Source of the DNA: an uncultured Actinomycetota bacterium
GTDB lineage: Bacteria > Actinomycetota > UBA4738 > HRBIN12
Assembly: GCA_963750945.1 (NCBI GenBank)
Contig: CAVVSH010000015.1
Coordinates: forward strand, 554,215 to 618,214
Direction: 5' to 3'
DNA: 64,000 bases
Shown here: one piece after another, positions 31,168 through 46,162 of the stretch
How the letters are laid out: each line of letters opens with the position of its first letter
Position numbering within the stretch: the first letter of the stretch is position 1
Made by a program: the position numbers and the translations under genes
The notes under the pieces: model-generated
Databases searched by the model: none
What the model was told of the DNA's origin: nothing
The model's input: the letters and a program-made list of their open reading frames with translations, nothing else

Positions 31168-32409
31168 GTGCCCACCGTGGTCGCCTACCTGATCGTCTTC
31201 CTGGTCGCAGCGGGCACCACATTCGCCCTCACGCCCGTCGTCCGGACGCTCGCAGTGCGGTTCGGAGCGATCGATCACCCGTCGGAGCGGAAGCTCCACG
31301 TGGTCCCCACACCGACGATGGGCGGGCTCGCGATGTGGGTCGGATTCCTCGTCGCGATGGGGGTGGCGTGGCTCCTGCCCTTCTTCGGGCAGCTCAAGCA
31401 GACCGCGCCCGAGCCGGTCGCCGCGATCGTGACGTGCACCCTGATGGTCGGGCTCGGCGTGATCGACGACCGGCGCGGGACGTCGGCGCTCGCGAAGCTG
31501 ACCGCGCAGATCTTCATCGCCGGCATCCTCGTTCTGATGGGCGTCCAGCTCGCGTACTTCGTCCTTCCCGACCAGGGGCTCGCCGTCCTCGGGACCGACG
31601 AGGCGGTGCCGCTCACGATCCTGTGGGTCTTGGCGGCTGCGAACGCGATCAACCTCATCGACGGACTCGATGGGCTGGCCGCGGGGATGGTCGCGATCGC
31701 GGCCACCACGTTCTTCATCTACATGATCCGGGGCGGCGATACCTCGGACTCGGCCTCGGTCGCGGCGCTCTTCTCCGTGATCACCGTCGGGATCTGCATC
31801 GGGTTCCTCCCCTGGAACTTCCACCCCGCGAAGATCTTCATGGGGGACACGGGCTCGATGCTCCTCGGCATGCTCGTCGCGATCGCGACGATCGCCGGTG
31901 TCGGGAACGACCTCGGACCCCCGACCCGCGGGGGCGCCGCGGTCATCGCGCTGCCGCTGCTGGTGCCGCTGCTGGTGCTCGCGATCCCGTTCCTCGACGT
32001 GCTCCTCGCGATCGTGCGCCGCACGCGGAAGGGCCTCGGGATCGCGCACGCGGACAAGGAACACATCTTCCACCGGCTCATGGACATCGGGCACGGCCAT
32101 CGCCAGACCGTGCTGCTGATGTACCTCTGGTCGGCGCTGGTGTGCGGCTCCGCGCTCGCGATCGGTGTGATCGACGCGCGGCTGGTCGCCGGGGTGATCG
32201 TCGGGTGCGCCTTGGTCCTGTTCTTGGTGACGGCCCTGCCGCGGTTGCTCGAACGGCGGCGGAACGGCGAGCTGAACGGCAAGCACGTCGCCACGATCGG
32301 CTCCGAGCCGGCGGACGCCGACCGATCCTCCACCGCCGAGCCCGACTCGGCGCCGACCGGTCCGGCACCGGTAGACCCGACCCGGCCCTCGCCGGGGTCG
32401 ACATCCTGA
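31168..32409 (+). CDS. wecA: UDP-GlcNAc:undecaprenyl-phosphate GlcNAc-1-phosphate transferase (WecA/Rfe; MraY/GT4 superfamily)
   Basis: Polytopic protein with DDxxD-like (VIDDRRG) and NAINLIDGLDGLA motifs. Positioned upstream of the atp operon as in mycobacteria. Confidence 0.8.
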   Translation: MPTVVAYLIVFLVAAGTTFALTPVVRTLAVRFGAIDHPSERKLHVVPTPTMGGLAMWVGFLVAMGVAWLLPFFGQLKQTAPEPVAAIVTCTLMVGLGVIDDRRGTSALAKLTAQIFIAGILVLMGVQLAYFVLPDQGLAVLGTDEAVPLTILWVLAAANAINLIDGLDGLAAGMVAIAATTFFIYMIRGGDTSDSASVAALFSVITVGICIGFLPWNFHPAKIFMGDTGSMLLGMLVAIATIAGVGNDLGPPTRGGAAVIALPLLVPLLVLAIPFLDVLLAIVRRTRKGLGIAHADKEHIFHRLMDIGHGHRQTVLLMYLWSALVCGSALAIGVIDARLVAGVIVGCALVLFLVTALPRLLERRRNGELNGKHVATIGSEPADADRSSTAEPDSAPTGPAPVDPTRPSPGSTS

Positions 32410-32529
32410 TTTGTGAATTCCTTCACAAGCTCGGGTCGACAAGCCGCGGAAATGCCCTCTGACCAGCGGAAACACACGCTCGAGGCGTTTGACGGCGTGC
32501 GTCGCAGACGTTTAGAGTGTCCGCCTCCC

Positions 32530-32748
32530 ATGAACGGGCCCGGCAAGAGCGACGCGTGGTCCGGCATGGGGACCGGCTGGGCGATCACCTCGACGCTCGT
32601 GGGGGGGATGGCCACGGTCGGATTGCTGGGCTATCTGCTCGACCGGCTCCTCGACACGGGATCCGGGTTCACGGCGCTCGGCATCGTCCTCGGGGCGGCG
32701 AGCGCGATCTACATCGTGTATCTGCGGTACGGCGGGGGAGGCGAGTGA
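32530..32748 (+). CDS. Small hydrophobic protein at the head of the atp operon (AtpZ/AtpI-like accessory protein)
   Basis: About 72 aa with two predicted TM helices, directly upstream of atpI/atpB. ATG 32530. Confidence 0.45.
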   Translation: MNGPGKSDAWSGMGTGWAITSTLVGGMATVGLLGYLLDRLLDTGSGFTALGIVLGAASAIYIVYLRYGGGGE

Positions 32749-33175
32749 CCAAGACGCGAGAGCCGGAGCGCGAGCTGGTGCGCCGGCTCCTGCCGTTCGC
32801 CGTGCCCGCCATCGCGATCGCGGCAGGAGCCGGCGCCGCTTTCGGAGGAGCCGGAGCTCCCTGGTCGGCGACGATCGCGATCATCGTGGTCGTCCTGAAC
32901 TTCGTCGCCCACGCCGGATCGATGGCCTGGGCCGCGCGGATCTCGCCGATGATCCTGATGGCCGTCGGATTGGGCGGCTACGTCGTACGCCTCGCGGCGT
33001 TCACGGTCGCCCTCGTGCTCCTTGACCGGCTCACCTGGTTCTCCCCGCTCGCGTTCGTCGCCGCGTTCGTGCCGGCCACGATCGCGCTCCTCGTGGTGGA
33101 GATGCGGCTTCTGGCGGGCCGGATGCAGGCCGACCTCTGGTACTTCCCCGAAAAGACCTGGCCGGAGCGGACCTC

Positions 33176-33179
<4 letters not shown>
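32745..33179 (+). CDS. atpI: Putative ATP synthase protein I
   Basis: About 144-aa four-TM protein between the small leader ORF and atpB. GTG overlaps the upstream stop as GTGA. Confidence 0.45.
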
Positions 33180-34269
<1,090 letters not shown>

Positions 34270-34279
34270 GGGGCGGACG

Positions 34280-34882
34280 ATGCTCGCGTTGATCGGATCG
34301 ATCCTCGCTCAGGCCGAGGAAGGCGCCGAGGAGGTCTCGGAGGCCAAGGACCTCTACCCCGCGATGGGGGAGCTCATCGTCGGGCTGTTCGCGTTCGCCG
34401 TCCTGTTCTTCTTCACCTGGAAATGGGTGCTCCCCAAGTTCAAGCAGGTGCTCGAGGAGCGTCGAGAGCAGATCCAAGGCGAGATGGAGAAGGCGGAGGC
34501 GGAGCGCAAGGAGGCCGGGAAGCTGCAGGAGGAGTATCGGACGCAGCTCGCCGGTGCCCGCGAAGAAGCCAACACGATCATCGAGGAGGCGCGCACGACC
34601 GCCGAGCAGGTGCGCCGTGACCTCCAGGCCAAGGCCGAGGAGGAGGCGCAGGCGACGGTCGCCCGAGCGCAGGAGGAGATCCGCGCCGAGCGTGACCGCG
34701 CGTTCCAGGAGCTCCGGGCCCAGATCGGTTCGATCGCGGTCGAGCTCGCGGAGCGTGTCGTCGGGCAATCGCTCGACGAGCAGGCGCACCAGCGCCTGAT
34801 CGACGAGTTCATCGACGAGGTTGCCTCGGGCGCGTCCTCGGATGGCAACGGTTCCAACGGCAACGGCAAGGGTGAGGCCTGA
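34280..34882 (+). CDS. atpF: ATP synthase F0 subunit b
   Basis: Single N-terminal TM helix then a long charged coiled-coil. Sits between atpE and atpH. Confidence 0.85.
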   Translation: MLALIGSILAQAEEGAEEVSEAKDLYPAMGELIVGLFAFAVLFFFTWKWVLPKFKQVLEERREQIQGEMEKAEAERKEAGKLQEEYRTQLAGAREEANTIIEEARTTAEQVRRDLQAKAEEEAQATVARAQEEIRAERDRAFQELRAQIGSIAVELAERVVGQSLDEQAHQRLIDEFIDEVASGASSDGNGSNGNGKGEA

Positions 34883-35421
34883 GTGGCGAAGGACGACGCC
34901 GTCCGCGGGTATGCACAGGCGCTCCTGTCGATCGCGGAAGCCGAGGGCGTCCTCGATCGTGTCGAGGACGAGCTCTACGCGTTCGCGAAGTCGGTCGAGC
35001 GCCATGCGGACCTGCGCGAGGCGCTCACCGACGAGGCGCTTCCGTCGGAGCGGAAGAAGGCCGTGATCGACGAGCTGCTCGGGGAACGCGCCCATCCGCT
35101 GACGGCGACCCTCGTGGGGTTCCTCGTGGACGCCGGCCAGGCTCGCCACATCGGGCAGATCGCCGAGGAGCTCGCGCGCGAAGCCGCCCACCGGTCCGAG
35201 CGGACCCTCGCCGAGGTCCGGGTCGCCGTGCCGCTCACGGACGCGCAGAGGACGAAGCTGGAGAAGGCGCTGACGAAGGCCACGGGACATCCGGTAGAGC
35301 TGAAGGTCGACGTCGACCCGTCCGTGATCGGCGGTGTGGTCGCCCGGGTGGGCGACGAGGTGTTCGACGGCTCGGTGGCCAGCCGGCTGGCCGAGGCGAG
35401 GCAGTACCTCATAGGGAGCGT

Positions 35422-35425
<4 letters not shown>
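34883..35425 (+). CDS. atpH: ATP synthase F1 subunit delta
   Basis: OSCP/delta family by length and position. GTG start directly after the atpF stop. Confidence 0.85.
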
Positions 35426-39501
<4,076 letters not shown>

Positions 39502-39502
<1 letters not shown>

Positions 39503-39894
39503 TGGCCCTCGAGGTCCACGTCGTCACACCCGAACGCGAGGTCTGGGCTGGGCAGGCGACCGAGGTGGTCGCGCACGGCGTGGACGGCGACGTCGGGATC
39601 CTCACCGGACACGCGCCCCTGCTCGTGCAGCTCGCGATCGGGCCTCTCCAAGTACAGGAGGAGGACGGCACCTGGCTGAAGGCGGTCGTCGACGGCGGGT
39701 TCCTGCATGTGTCCAGCGAGGAGGGCGCCACCCGGGTGGACGTCCTCGCCACGAACGCGCAGCTGGAGGCCGAGATCGACGTGGAGGCGGTCAAGCGGCG
39801 GCTCGAGCAGCTGCGGTCGGGCCCCGCGGATGACGACGAGCATGCGAAGACCGAGATCGCGAGGGCCGAGGCCCGTCTCGCGCTGACCGGCTAG
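39502..39894 (+). CDS. atpC: ATP synthase F1 subunit epsilon
   Basis: Beta-sandwich N-terminus plus a helical C-terminus, about 130 aa, directly after atpD. Confidence 0.85.
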
Positions 39895-39952
39895 CGCCGC
39901 GACGCTCGCGAGCCGGGCGGCCGCCGGCGCCCGCGCCGGTACGATTCCTCTC

Positions 39953-41221
39953 ATGGACCGCCTCTTCGTCACGGGCGGCGCCCGTCTCGCCGGATCCGTC
40001 CGGATCTCGGGCGCCAAGAACTCCGCACTCAAGCTCATGGCCGCCTCGCTGCTCGCACCGGGTCGTTCGGTGCTGCGCAACGTTCCTCGCATCCTGGACT
40101 GCTTCACGATGGGGGAGGTCCTCGAGCACCTCGGGGCGGGCGTCTCGTGGGAGGAAGGGGGGGTGGCGGTCGACGCGACACACCTTTCCTCGGTCGAGGC
40201 CCCCTACGAGCTGGTCCGGCGGATGCGTGCATCGATCGCCGTCCTCGGGCCGTTGCTCGCCCGCACCGGCGAGGCTCGCGTCGCGATGCCGGGCGGCGAC
40301 AACATCGGCTCGCGTCCGATCGACCTCCATCTCGACGGCCTCCGGCGGATGGGCGCCGAGATCGTCGCCGAGCACGGGTTCCTGGTCGCGCGGGCCGACG
40401 GCCTCACCGGCGCATCGATCACCCTCGACTATCCGAGCGTCGGGGCCACCGAGAACCTGATGATGGCGGCGGTCACGGCCGAGGGCGTCACGGCGATCGA
40501 CAACGCCGCCCGAGAGCCCGAGATCGCGGACCTGGCCGCGTACCTCGTCGCGATGGGCGCGGGGATCCGCGGCGCCGGTTCCGCGACGATCGAGGTCGTG
40601 GGGGTTGAGGAACTGCGGGCGGCCGAGCACTCGGCGATCCCCGATCGGATCGAGGCCGGCACGTGGGCCGCGGCCGCGGTCGCGACCCGCGGCGACCTCG
40701 TGCTGGACGGCGCCCGCCCCGACCACCTCGAGCTGTTCCTCGAGAAGCTGGCGGAGGGCGGCGCCGAGATCCGGATGACGGACGAGGGGCTGCGGGTGAG
40801 GCAAGCCGAGCGGACGAAGGCCGCCGACTTCGTGACGCTGCCCTATCCGGGGCTCGCCACCGACTTCCAGCCGATCCTGCTGGCGATGCTCGCCACCGCG
40901 AACGGCACCAGCATCGCCACCGAGAACGTCTTCGAAGGGAGGTTCACCTACGTGGACGAGCTGCGCCGGATGGGCGCGGACATCCGCACCGAGGGGCACC
41001 ACGCGGTGATCCGCGGCGTCGAGCAGCTGTCCGCTGCGCCGGTCCGGGCGATGGACATCCGAGCGGGGGCCGCGATGGCGATCGCGGCGCTGACGGCGGA
41101 CGGCGTGAGCGAGATCGCCGACATCGACCACGTCGATCGGGGCTACGAGGACTTCGAAGCGAAGCTCACCGCGCTCGGCGCCGAGGTCAGGCGCGACCCC
41201 GAGCTCGTCCGTCTCCCGTGA
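39953..41221 (+). CDS. murA: UDP-N-acetylglucosamine 1-carboxyvinyltransferase
   Basis: EPT-family fold with the active-site loop (KNSALKLMAAS). Downstream of atpC as in mycobacteria. Confidence 0.9.
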   Translation: MDRLFVTGGARLAGSVRISGAKNSALKLMAASLLAPGRSVLRNVPRILDCFTMGEVLEHLGAGVSWEEGGVAVDATHLSSVEAPYELVRRMRASIAVLGPLLARTGEARVAMPGGDNIGSRPIDLHLDGLRRMGAEIVAEHGFLVARADGLTGASITLDYPSVGATENLMMAAVTAEGVTAIDNAAREPEIADLAAYLVAMGAGIRGAGSATIEVVGVEELRAAEHSAIPDRIEAGTWAAAAVATRGDLVLDGARPDHLELFLEKLAEGGAEIRMTDEGLRVRQAERTKAADFVTLPYPGLATDFQPILLAMLATANGTSIATENVFEGRFTYVDELRRMGADIRTEGHHAVIRGVEQLSAAPVRAMDIRAGAAMAIAALTADGVSEIADIDHVDRGYEDFEAKLTALGAEVRRDPELVRLP

Positions 41222-42879
41222 GGAAGGCGCTCCTCGCGGCGCTCGTCGCGCTGATCGCGGTCCCTCTGCCCGCGTCAGCTCAGCCCGTACCTCGTCAGGC
41301 TGTCGTTCTCTTCGTGGACGGCGTCTCGATGCCGGAGCTGCTCGAGGTCCCAGAGGTGCGAGCGATGGCGACACGAGGCGGCGTAGCCCTCATGAATGGT
41401 CGTTCGAGTGCGCGCGGCGAGATCCGAGCCATCCTGGAGGAGCATCCGGACAAGGCGACACAGCTGGAGATCGGCGGCCCCGGCCGGGTCGAGGATCTCG
41501 CTGTTGTTCTCGGCAAGGTTGGCTTCGTCGGCCGTGGCCCCACACTGCTGATGGTCATCTCGACGTCGCCGTCGGCGGCGTCGGCCGCGGACGGCGACGA
41601 GCTCGGGACCGTGATCGCCGCGTGGGGCGATCCGGAACAGCTCCTCGAGGCCCAGGGCGAGCCGCGGACGCTCACATCGGACTCCACGAGGCGCGCCGGT
41701 GTCGTCGCCGACGTCGACCCCGCCGCGACGGTCGCCGAGTGGCTGGACCTGCCGTATGAGGCCGGCGCGCCGATGAGACCCACCAGTGAGCCGGCGCCCC
41801 TGGATCTCTACGAGCGCTACCTCCAGCAGCGCCGGCTCGCCGTGCCGGTCGCCGCCGGTGCGTGGGGCTTGATGTTGCTTTTCGGCCTGGCCGGGGTCCT
41901 CGCGCTGGTGTTCCGCCGTCGCGTGTCCCCCCGTACCCTCGCGGTCGCCGGCGCGCTCGTCGGCTCGCTGCCGTGGCTCGCCCTCGGCCTCTTGCTCGTG
42001 GGTCACCTGCCGTCGCTCACGTACGCGACCGCCGTTCCGTTCCTGGTGACGACGATGGTGGCCGGTGTCGTGTTCACCCGGTGGATGCAAAGGCGCCGAA
42101 GCATCTTCGTCTCCATCGCGGCCTCCGGGGCCGTGATCCTCGTCGTCCTGGGCATCGAGGCGGCGCTCGGCTGGCCCGCGGCCGTCACCCCGCTCGCGGG
42201 CGGCGGGCAGCTGGACGGCGGCCGCTTCTTCGGGATGCCGAACATCGAGATCGGGATCGTCCTCGGGTCCGCGATGTTCCTCGCGCACCGCATCCGAGTG
42301 GGCTCCGGTGTCCTGCTCCTCGCCGCCTGCGCCGTCATCGCCGGGTCGCCGTGGACCGGGTCGAACTTCGGCGCGGCGATCACGCTCTTCGCGGCTGCCG
42401 GCCTCTGGCTCGGGATCCGACGCCGCCGCCCGTGGTGGTTGATCGTCGTGATCACCGGCGCGTTCGCGGCTCTCGGGACGGCCGCGGTCGCGCTGATGCA
42501 CCGGTACCTGACCGACCGGTCCACCCACGTCACCGCGTTCCTCGAGGAGACCGACGGCGTCGTGGGGGCCGTCGAGCGACAGCTCGACCGTCTTGGCGTG
42601 GGGCTCGACCTGATCGCCGACAATCCGCTCGCGCTGATACCGGTGGTGGGCACACTGATCCTGCTGATCATCGTGCTCCGCCCGCCGACGGCGATCGCGC
42701 AGTCCTTCGAGGGACACGACGCCTGGCACGATGCCCTTCTCGTCATCGCGCTCGGGTCGATCGTCGCTTACCTCGCCGAAGACACCGGCGCGGCGGCCGT
42801 CGGCTTCGCGTTCGGGTTCGCGCTGTCCGGTCTCATCGACGTGTCGCTCGACTCCGCCCGGAGGATGATTGCCCGATGA
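41218..42879 (+). CDS. Hypothetical exported membrane protein with an N-terminal signal peptide, an extracytoplasmic domain of about 200 aa, and a C-terminal polytopic membrane domain (about 10 TM)
   Basis: GTG overlaps the murA stop. Signal peptide ALLAALVALIAVPLPASAQP. The extracytoplasmic block VVLFVDGVSMPEL is faintly alkaline-phosphatase-superfamily-like. The C-terminal 300 aa are highly hydrophobic. Confidence 0.5.
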   Translation: MRKALLAALVALIAVPLPASAQPVPRQAVVLFVDGVSMPELLEVPEVRAMATRGGVALMNGRSSARGEIRAILEEHPDKATQLEIGGPGRVEDLAVVLGKVGFVGRGPTLLMVISTSPSAASAADGDELGTVIAAWGDPEQLLEAQGEPRTLTSDSTRRAGVVADVDPAATVAEWLDLPYEAGAPMRPTSEPAPLDLYERYLQQRRLAVPVAAGAWGLMLLFGLAGVLALVFRRRVSPRTLAVAGALVGSLPWLALGLLLVGHLPSLTYATAVPFLVTTMVAGVVFTRWMQRRRSIFVSIAASGAVILVVLGIEAALGWPAAVTPLAGGGQLDGGRFFGMPNIEIGIVLGSAMFLAHRIRVGSGVLLLAACAVIAGSPWTGSNFGAAITLFAAAGLWLGIRRRRPWWLIVVITGAFAALGTAAVALMHRYLTDRSTHVTAFLEETDGVVGAVERQLDRLGVGLDLIADNPLALIPVVGTLILLIIVLRPPTAIAQSFEGHDAWHDALLVIALGSIVAYLAEDTGAAAVGFAFGFALSGLIDVSLDSARRMIAR

Positions 42880-43652
42880 GCGCGTACGTGCCCCCGCGGC
42901 CCGACGAGCCGTTCCTCGAGGACCTGCCGGCGAAGGCGACCTGGCGATGGTGGGAGGCGCTCGTCGCCGTCCTCCTTGCCTGGCTGGCGGGAGGACTCGC
43001 CACGCTGCCGTTGCTGGCCCTGTTCGACCCGGAGACGGTCGGGCCGATCGGGGGTGAGGCGCTCTTCTTCGGCATCGTGTCGAACACGGTGTCGATGGCC
43101 GTGCTCATCGCGTGGCTGCGGAAGGCGCACCCGGCGTGGATCGAGATCATCGGGTGGCCGGATCGGTCGCGTGCCCTCATCGAGATCGCCGTGGGGGCAG
43201 GCCTCGGCATCGTGGTTCGCATCGCATCGGCGATCGTGGCCACCGGCGTCGTCTTCGTCCTGCGTGGTGCCACCGACGAGTCGGTGCAACTTCCTACCCA
43301 GATCGATCCCGACCTCACGGGGTGGGGCCTCGTGAGCTTCGCGATCTTCGCCGTGATCGCGGCGCCCGTCCTCGAGGAGTTCGTCTTCCGAGGTCTCTTG
43401 TTCCGCTCGATCGCCGATCGGAGCGGCTTCTGGGCCGGCGCGATCGTCTCGGCGGTCGCGTTCGGCGCGTTCCATCTCCTGACACCGGGCGACGGATTGG
43501 AGGTCCTCGCTCTCGGCCTCACGCACGTCGGCACGGGGATCGGCCTCGCGTGGATCTACTGGACCCGGCGGAACCTCCTCGCCAGCATCGCCGGCCACGC
43601 CGTCTTCAATCTGATCGCCGTGGTCACGATCATCGCGGGTTGGGAGGTCTGA
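42876..43652 (+). CDS. CPBP family intramembrane glutamic endopeptidase (CAAX protease / Abi)
   Basis: Motifs EEFVFRG, FGAFH and HAVFN. The ATG overlaps the upstream stop as ATGA. Confidence 0.75.
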   Translation: MSAYVPPRPDEPFLEDLPAKATWRWWEALVAVLLAWLAGGLATLPLLALFDPETVGPIGGEALFFGIVSNTVSMAVLIAWLRKAHPAWIEIIGWPDRSRALIEIAVGAGLGIVVRIASAIVATGVVFVLRGATDESVQLPTQIDPDLTGWGLVSFAIFAVIAAPVLEEFVFRGLLFRSIADRSGFWAGAIVSAVAFGAFHLLTPGDGLEVLALGLTHVGTGIGLAWIYWTRRNLLASIAGHAVFNLIAVVTIIAGWEV

Positions 43653-43654
43653 CC

Positions 43655-44074
43655 ATGCCGAAGTTCCCGACCGAGGACTGGTTCCAGGCCTTCATCGAAG
43701 CGATCAACGCATCGGAGGAATACGCGGAGTTCGCGGCGACCTGGGAGGGCGATGTGGTCTTCCAGATCGATGCCGAACCGGACAAGGGTCTGACCGAGAA
43801 CGTGCATGGGCTCCTCGACCTCTGGCACGGGGGATGCCGCGGCGGCGGCATCGTCGACGAGGAGAGGTCCGCGGCCGCCGAGTTCGCCGTCCGAGCCCCG
43901 TACTCGCGGTGGAAGGACGTGATCCAGGGAAACCTCGAGCCCATCAAGGGCCTGGTGCAGGGGAAGCTCCGGGTCCGGGGCGATCTGCCGAAGATCCTCC
44001 GCTACGTGAAGGGCACCCAGGAGCTCGCGTACATCGCCGGTCAGGTGGACACGACCTTTCCCGACGAGTCCTGA
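43655..44074 (+). CDS. SCP2 sterol-binding domain protein
   Basis: About 139 aa. The C-terminal GKLRVRGDLPKILRY block is typical of SCP-2. GGGAGG SD upstream. Confidence 0.6.
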   Translation: MPKFPTEDWFQAFIEAINASEEYAEFAATWEGDVVFQIDAEPDKGLTENVHGLLDLWHGGCRGGGIVDEERSAAAEFAVRAPYSRWKDVIQGNLEPIKGLVQGKLRVRGDLPKILRYVKGTQELAYIAGQVDTTFPDES

Positions 44075-45114
44075 TGCGCGGCGTCGTCTTCGACGGAGTG
44101 GGTCGCGTCCGCGTGACCGATCTGCCCGATCCGGAGATCGAAGCTCCCGGCGAGGCGATCGTGCGGGTCACGAGGACCGCGATCTGCGGGAGCGATCTCC
44201 ACCTGCTCCACGGCAAGGCTCCGATGGAGCCGGGAGAGCCGCTCGGTCACGAGGCGGTCGGCGTCGTGGAAGCGGTCGGCGGAGCCGTCGAACGCACGCG
44301 GGTCGGTGATCGAGTCGCGGTGGCGTTCAACGTCGCCTGCGGACGGTGTTGGTTCTGCGGGAACGGGCAGTCGGCTCTCTGCGACGACGATGCGATCTTC
44401 GGCTACGGGATCTTCGGAGGGGCGCTCCCGGGGGCGCAGGCCGAACGGCTGCGCGTCCCCAACGCCGACATCAACCTGCTCCGGCTCCCCGACGCCGTCG
44501 ACGACGAGGCCGGTGTCTTCGTGGGCGATGTGTTGACCACGGGCTTCTACGGTGCGTCGCTCGCCGCTGCCGGGCAGGACGACGTCGTCGCGGTGATGGG
44601 CTGCGGGCCGGTGGGGTTCTGCACCATCGAAGGGTTGCGGGCGCTCGGTGCGACGACGATCTACGCGCTCGACCGCGAGCCGTCGCGGCTGGCGCTCGCG
44701 GCGGCGGCGGGGGCGATCCCCGTGCACGTGAACGAGCGGAACCCCGTGACGGCGCTCGCCGAGGCGACGGACGGTCGCGGGGCCGACGTCGTGATCGATG
44801 CGGTCGGGCACCCCTTGGCCTTCGAAGGGGCGATCGACGCGGTGCGGCGAGGCGGCACCGTCGTCGTGCTCGGCGTCTACTCGTCGGAGACGACCCACGT
44901 GCAGCTCGGCGCCTACTGGTCGCGCGCCCTCACCGTCCGGTTCGCGGGACTCACGCCGGTCCTCGCCTGGTGGGAGCGGGCGACGGCAGCTCTCGAACGA
45001 GGTGAGGTCGATCCCACGCCGTTGATCAGCCATCGCCTGCGGCTGGAGGACGCGGCAGAGGGCTACGCGTTGTTCGATCGACGCGAGGCGACCAAGGTCG
45101 TGCTGGCACCGTGA
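44074..45114 (+). CDS. Zinc-binding alcohol dehydrogenase (MDR family)
   Basis: Catalytic zinc motif (GHEAVGVVEAVG), structural zinc cysteines (CGRCWFCGNG...C), and the NAD fold GCGPVG. Confidence 0.8.
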   Translation: MRGVVFDGVGRVRVTDLPDPEIEAPGEAIVRVTRTAICGSDLHLLHGKAPMEPGEPLGHEAVGVVEAVGGAVERTRVGDRVAVAFNVACGRCWFCGNGQSALCDDDAIFGYGIFGGALPGAQAERLRVPNADINLLRLPDAVDDEAGVFVGDVLTTGFYGASLAAAGQDDVVAVMGCGPVGFCTIEGLRALGATTIYALDREPSRLALAAAAGAIPVHVNERNPVTALAEATDGRGADVVIDAVGHPLAFEGAIDAVRRGGTVVVLGVYSSETTHVQLGAYWSRALTVRFAGLTPVLAWWERATAALERGEVDPTPLISHRLRLEDAAEGYALFDRREATKVVLAP

Positions 45115-45536
45115 AGATCACCGTCGTCGGCTCCGAACCGAGCGGGCTCGCGTCGATGGCCGCCGAGCTCATCGAACAGAACCTCGCCCGCGATCCCGCG
45201 CGGCGCGGACTCCTCCGACGGTCGGTCGCGGTGCTGGACGCATCGGACGTCGACGTCACGGTCTTCCTCCGGATCGCGCCGGAGGAGGTGCGAGTGGGAG
45301 ACGGGAACGTCCCCGACGCGCATCTCGTGATCAGAGCGGAGTCGGGGCGGCTGCTCGATCTGACGACCGCGCCACTCCGCTTCGGGTTGCCCGACGTGCT
45401 GACTCCGGAAGGGCGCGCGATCGTCGGCGACCTCCTCGGGCGACGCATGCGGATCCGAGGGCTGCTGCGTCATCCTCTGCGGCTCGCGCGACTCACCAAG
45501 CTGTTGTCCGTCGCCGACACCGGAAGGAAGGCGTGA
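45111..45536 (+). CDS. Hypothetical protein, possibly a divergent SCP2-like lipid-binding domain
   Basis: About 141 aa. The C-terminal amphipathic pattern (GDLLGRRMRIRGLLRHPLRLARLTKLL) is reminiscent of SCP2. GTG start overlaps the ADH stop. Confidence 0.4.
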   Translation: MKITVVGSEPSGLASMAAELIEQNLARDPARRGLLRRSVAVLDASDVDVTVFLRIAPEEVRVGDGNVPDAHLVIRAESGRLLDLTTAPLRFGLPDVLTPEGRAIVGDLLGRRMRIRGLLRHPLRLARLTKLLSVADTGRKA

Positions 45537-46162
45537 TCCGCTCGTCCGATGTGCCGGTCCGGCCGGACGCGCCTGCCGGCGCGTCCCGGCCGGCCCGGCG
45601 CTGGCTCCCCACCGCGCTCGTCACGCTCGTGATGTCGGTGACGGTGCTCGGCGGGTTCGTCGTCGCGGAGACGCTCCCGGCGCCGGACGTGCAGCCGATC
45701 GCGCTCGCGGACGTGCTCCGGTTCCGACCGCTCCCCGGTTGGGAAGTGGTTCGCCGCGAGCAGGCAACGGTGCCGCTCCCTCCCGGCGGCGTCGTCTCGG
45801 GCGAGTTCGCGCAGCTCACGCGCGGGAGCGGGGCCCTCGATCTCCTCGCGCTCCCGGACGTCGGCGGTGACGCGCTCGAGCTGGCGGATCTCTATGCCAC
45901 CGCCGTCCTCACGAGCCAGCTCGAGCGCCTGTCCGTCTCCGACCTGGTGGAACGGATCACGCTGCCGAGTGGCATGGAGGCCGTTCGCTTCGGCTACATC
46001 GGTTCGCAGCCGCAGACCGGAGCGGCGCTCGAAGGCTCGGTCACGGTCGTCGTCGCCCCGTCCGGCAACGGCGCGGTGTTCGACGGGTGGGCACCGCAGG
46101 GTCAGCTCGAGCTGATCTCCGAGGAGCTCGTCGCGATGATCGCGCGGGCGGAGGTCGCCTGA
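45533..46162 (+). CDS. Hypothetical membrane-anchored protein (single N-terminal TM helix plus an extracytoplasmic domain)
   Basis: TM helix LPTALVTLVMSVTVLGGFVVA. No recognisable domain. Translationally coupled on both sides. Confidence 0.4.
   Translation: MIRSSDVPVRPDAPAGASRPARRWLPTALVTLVMSVTVLGGFVVAETLPAPDVQPIALADVLRFRPLPGWEVVRREQATVPLPPGGVVSGEFAQLTRGSGALDLLALPDVGGDALELADLYATAVLTSQLERLSVSDLVERITLPSGMEAVRFGYIGSQPQTGAALEGSVTVVVAPSGNGAVFDGWAPQGQLELISEELVAMIARAEVA

Noticed and set aside
39895-39952. GC-rich inverted repeat CCGGCGCCCGCGCCGG after atpC as a possible intrinsic terminator
   Set aside because: No downstream U-tract and too tight a loop. Probably a weak structure at most, so not called.
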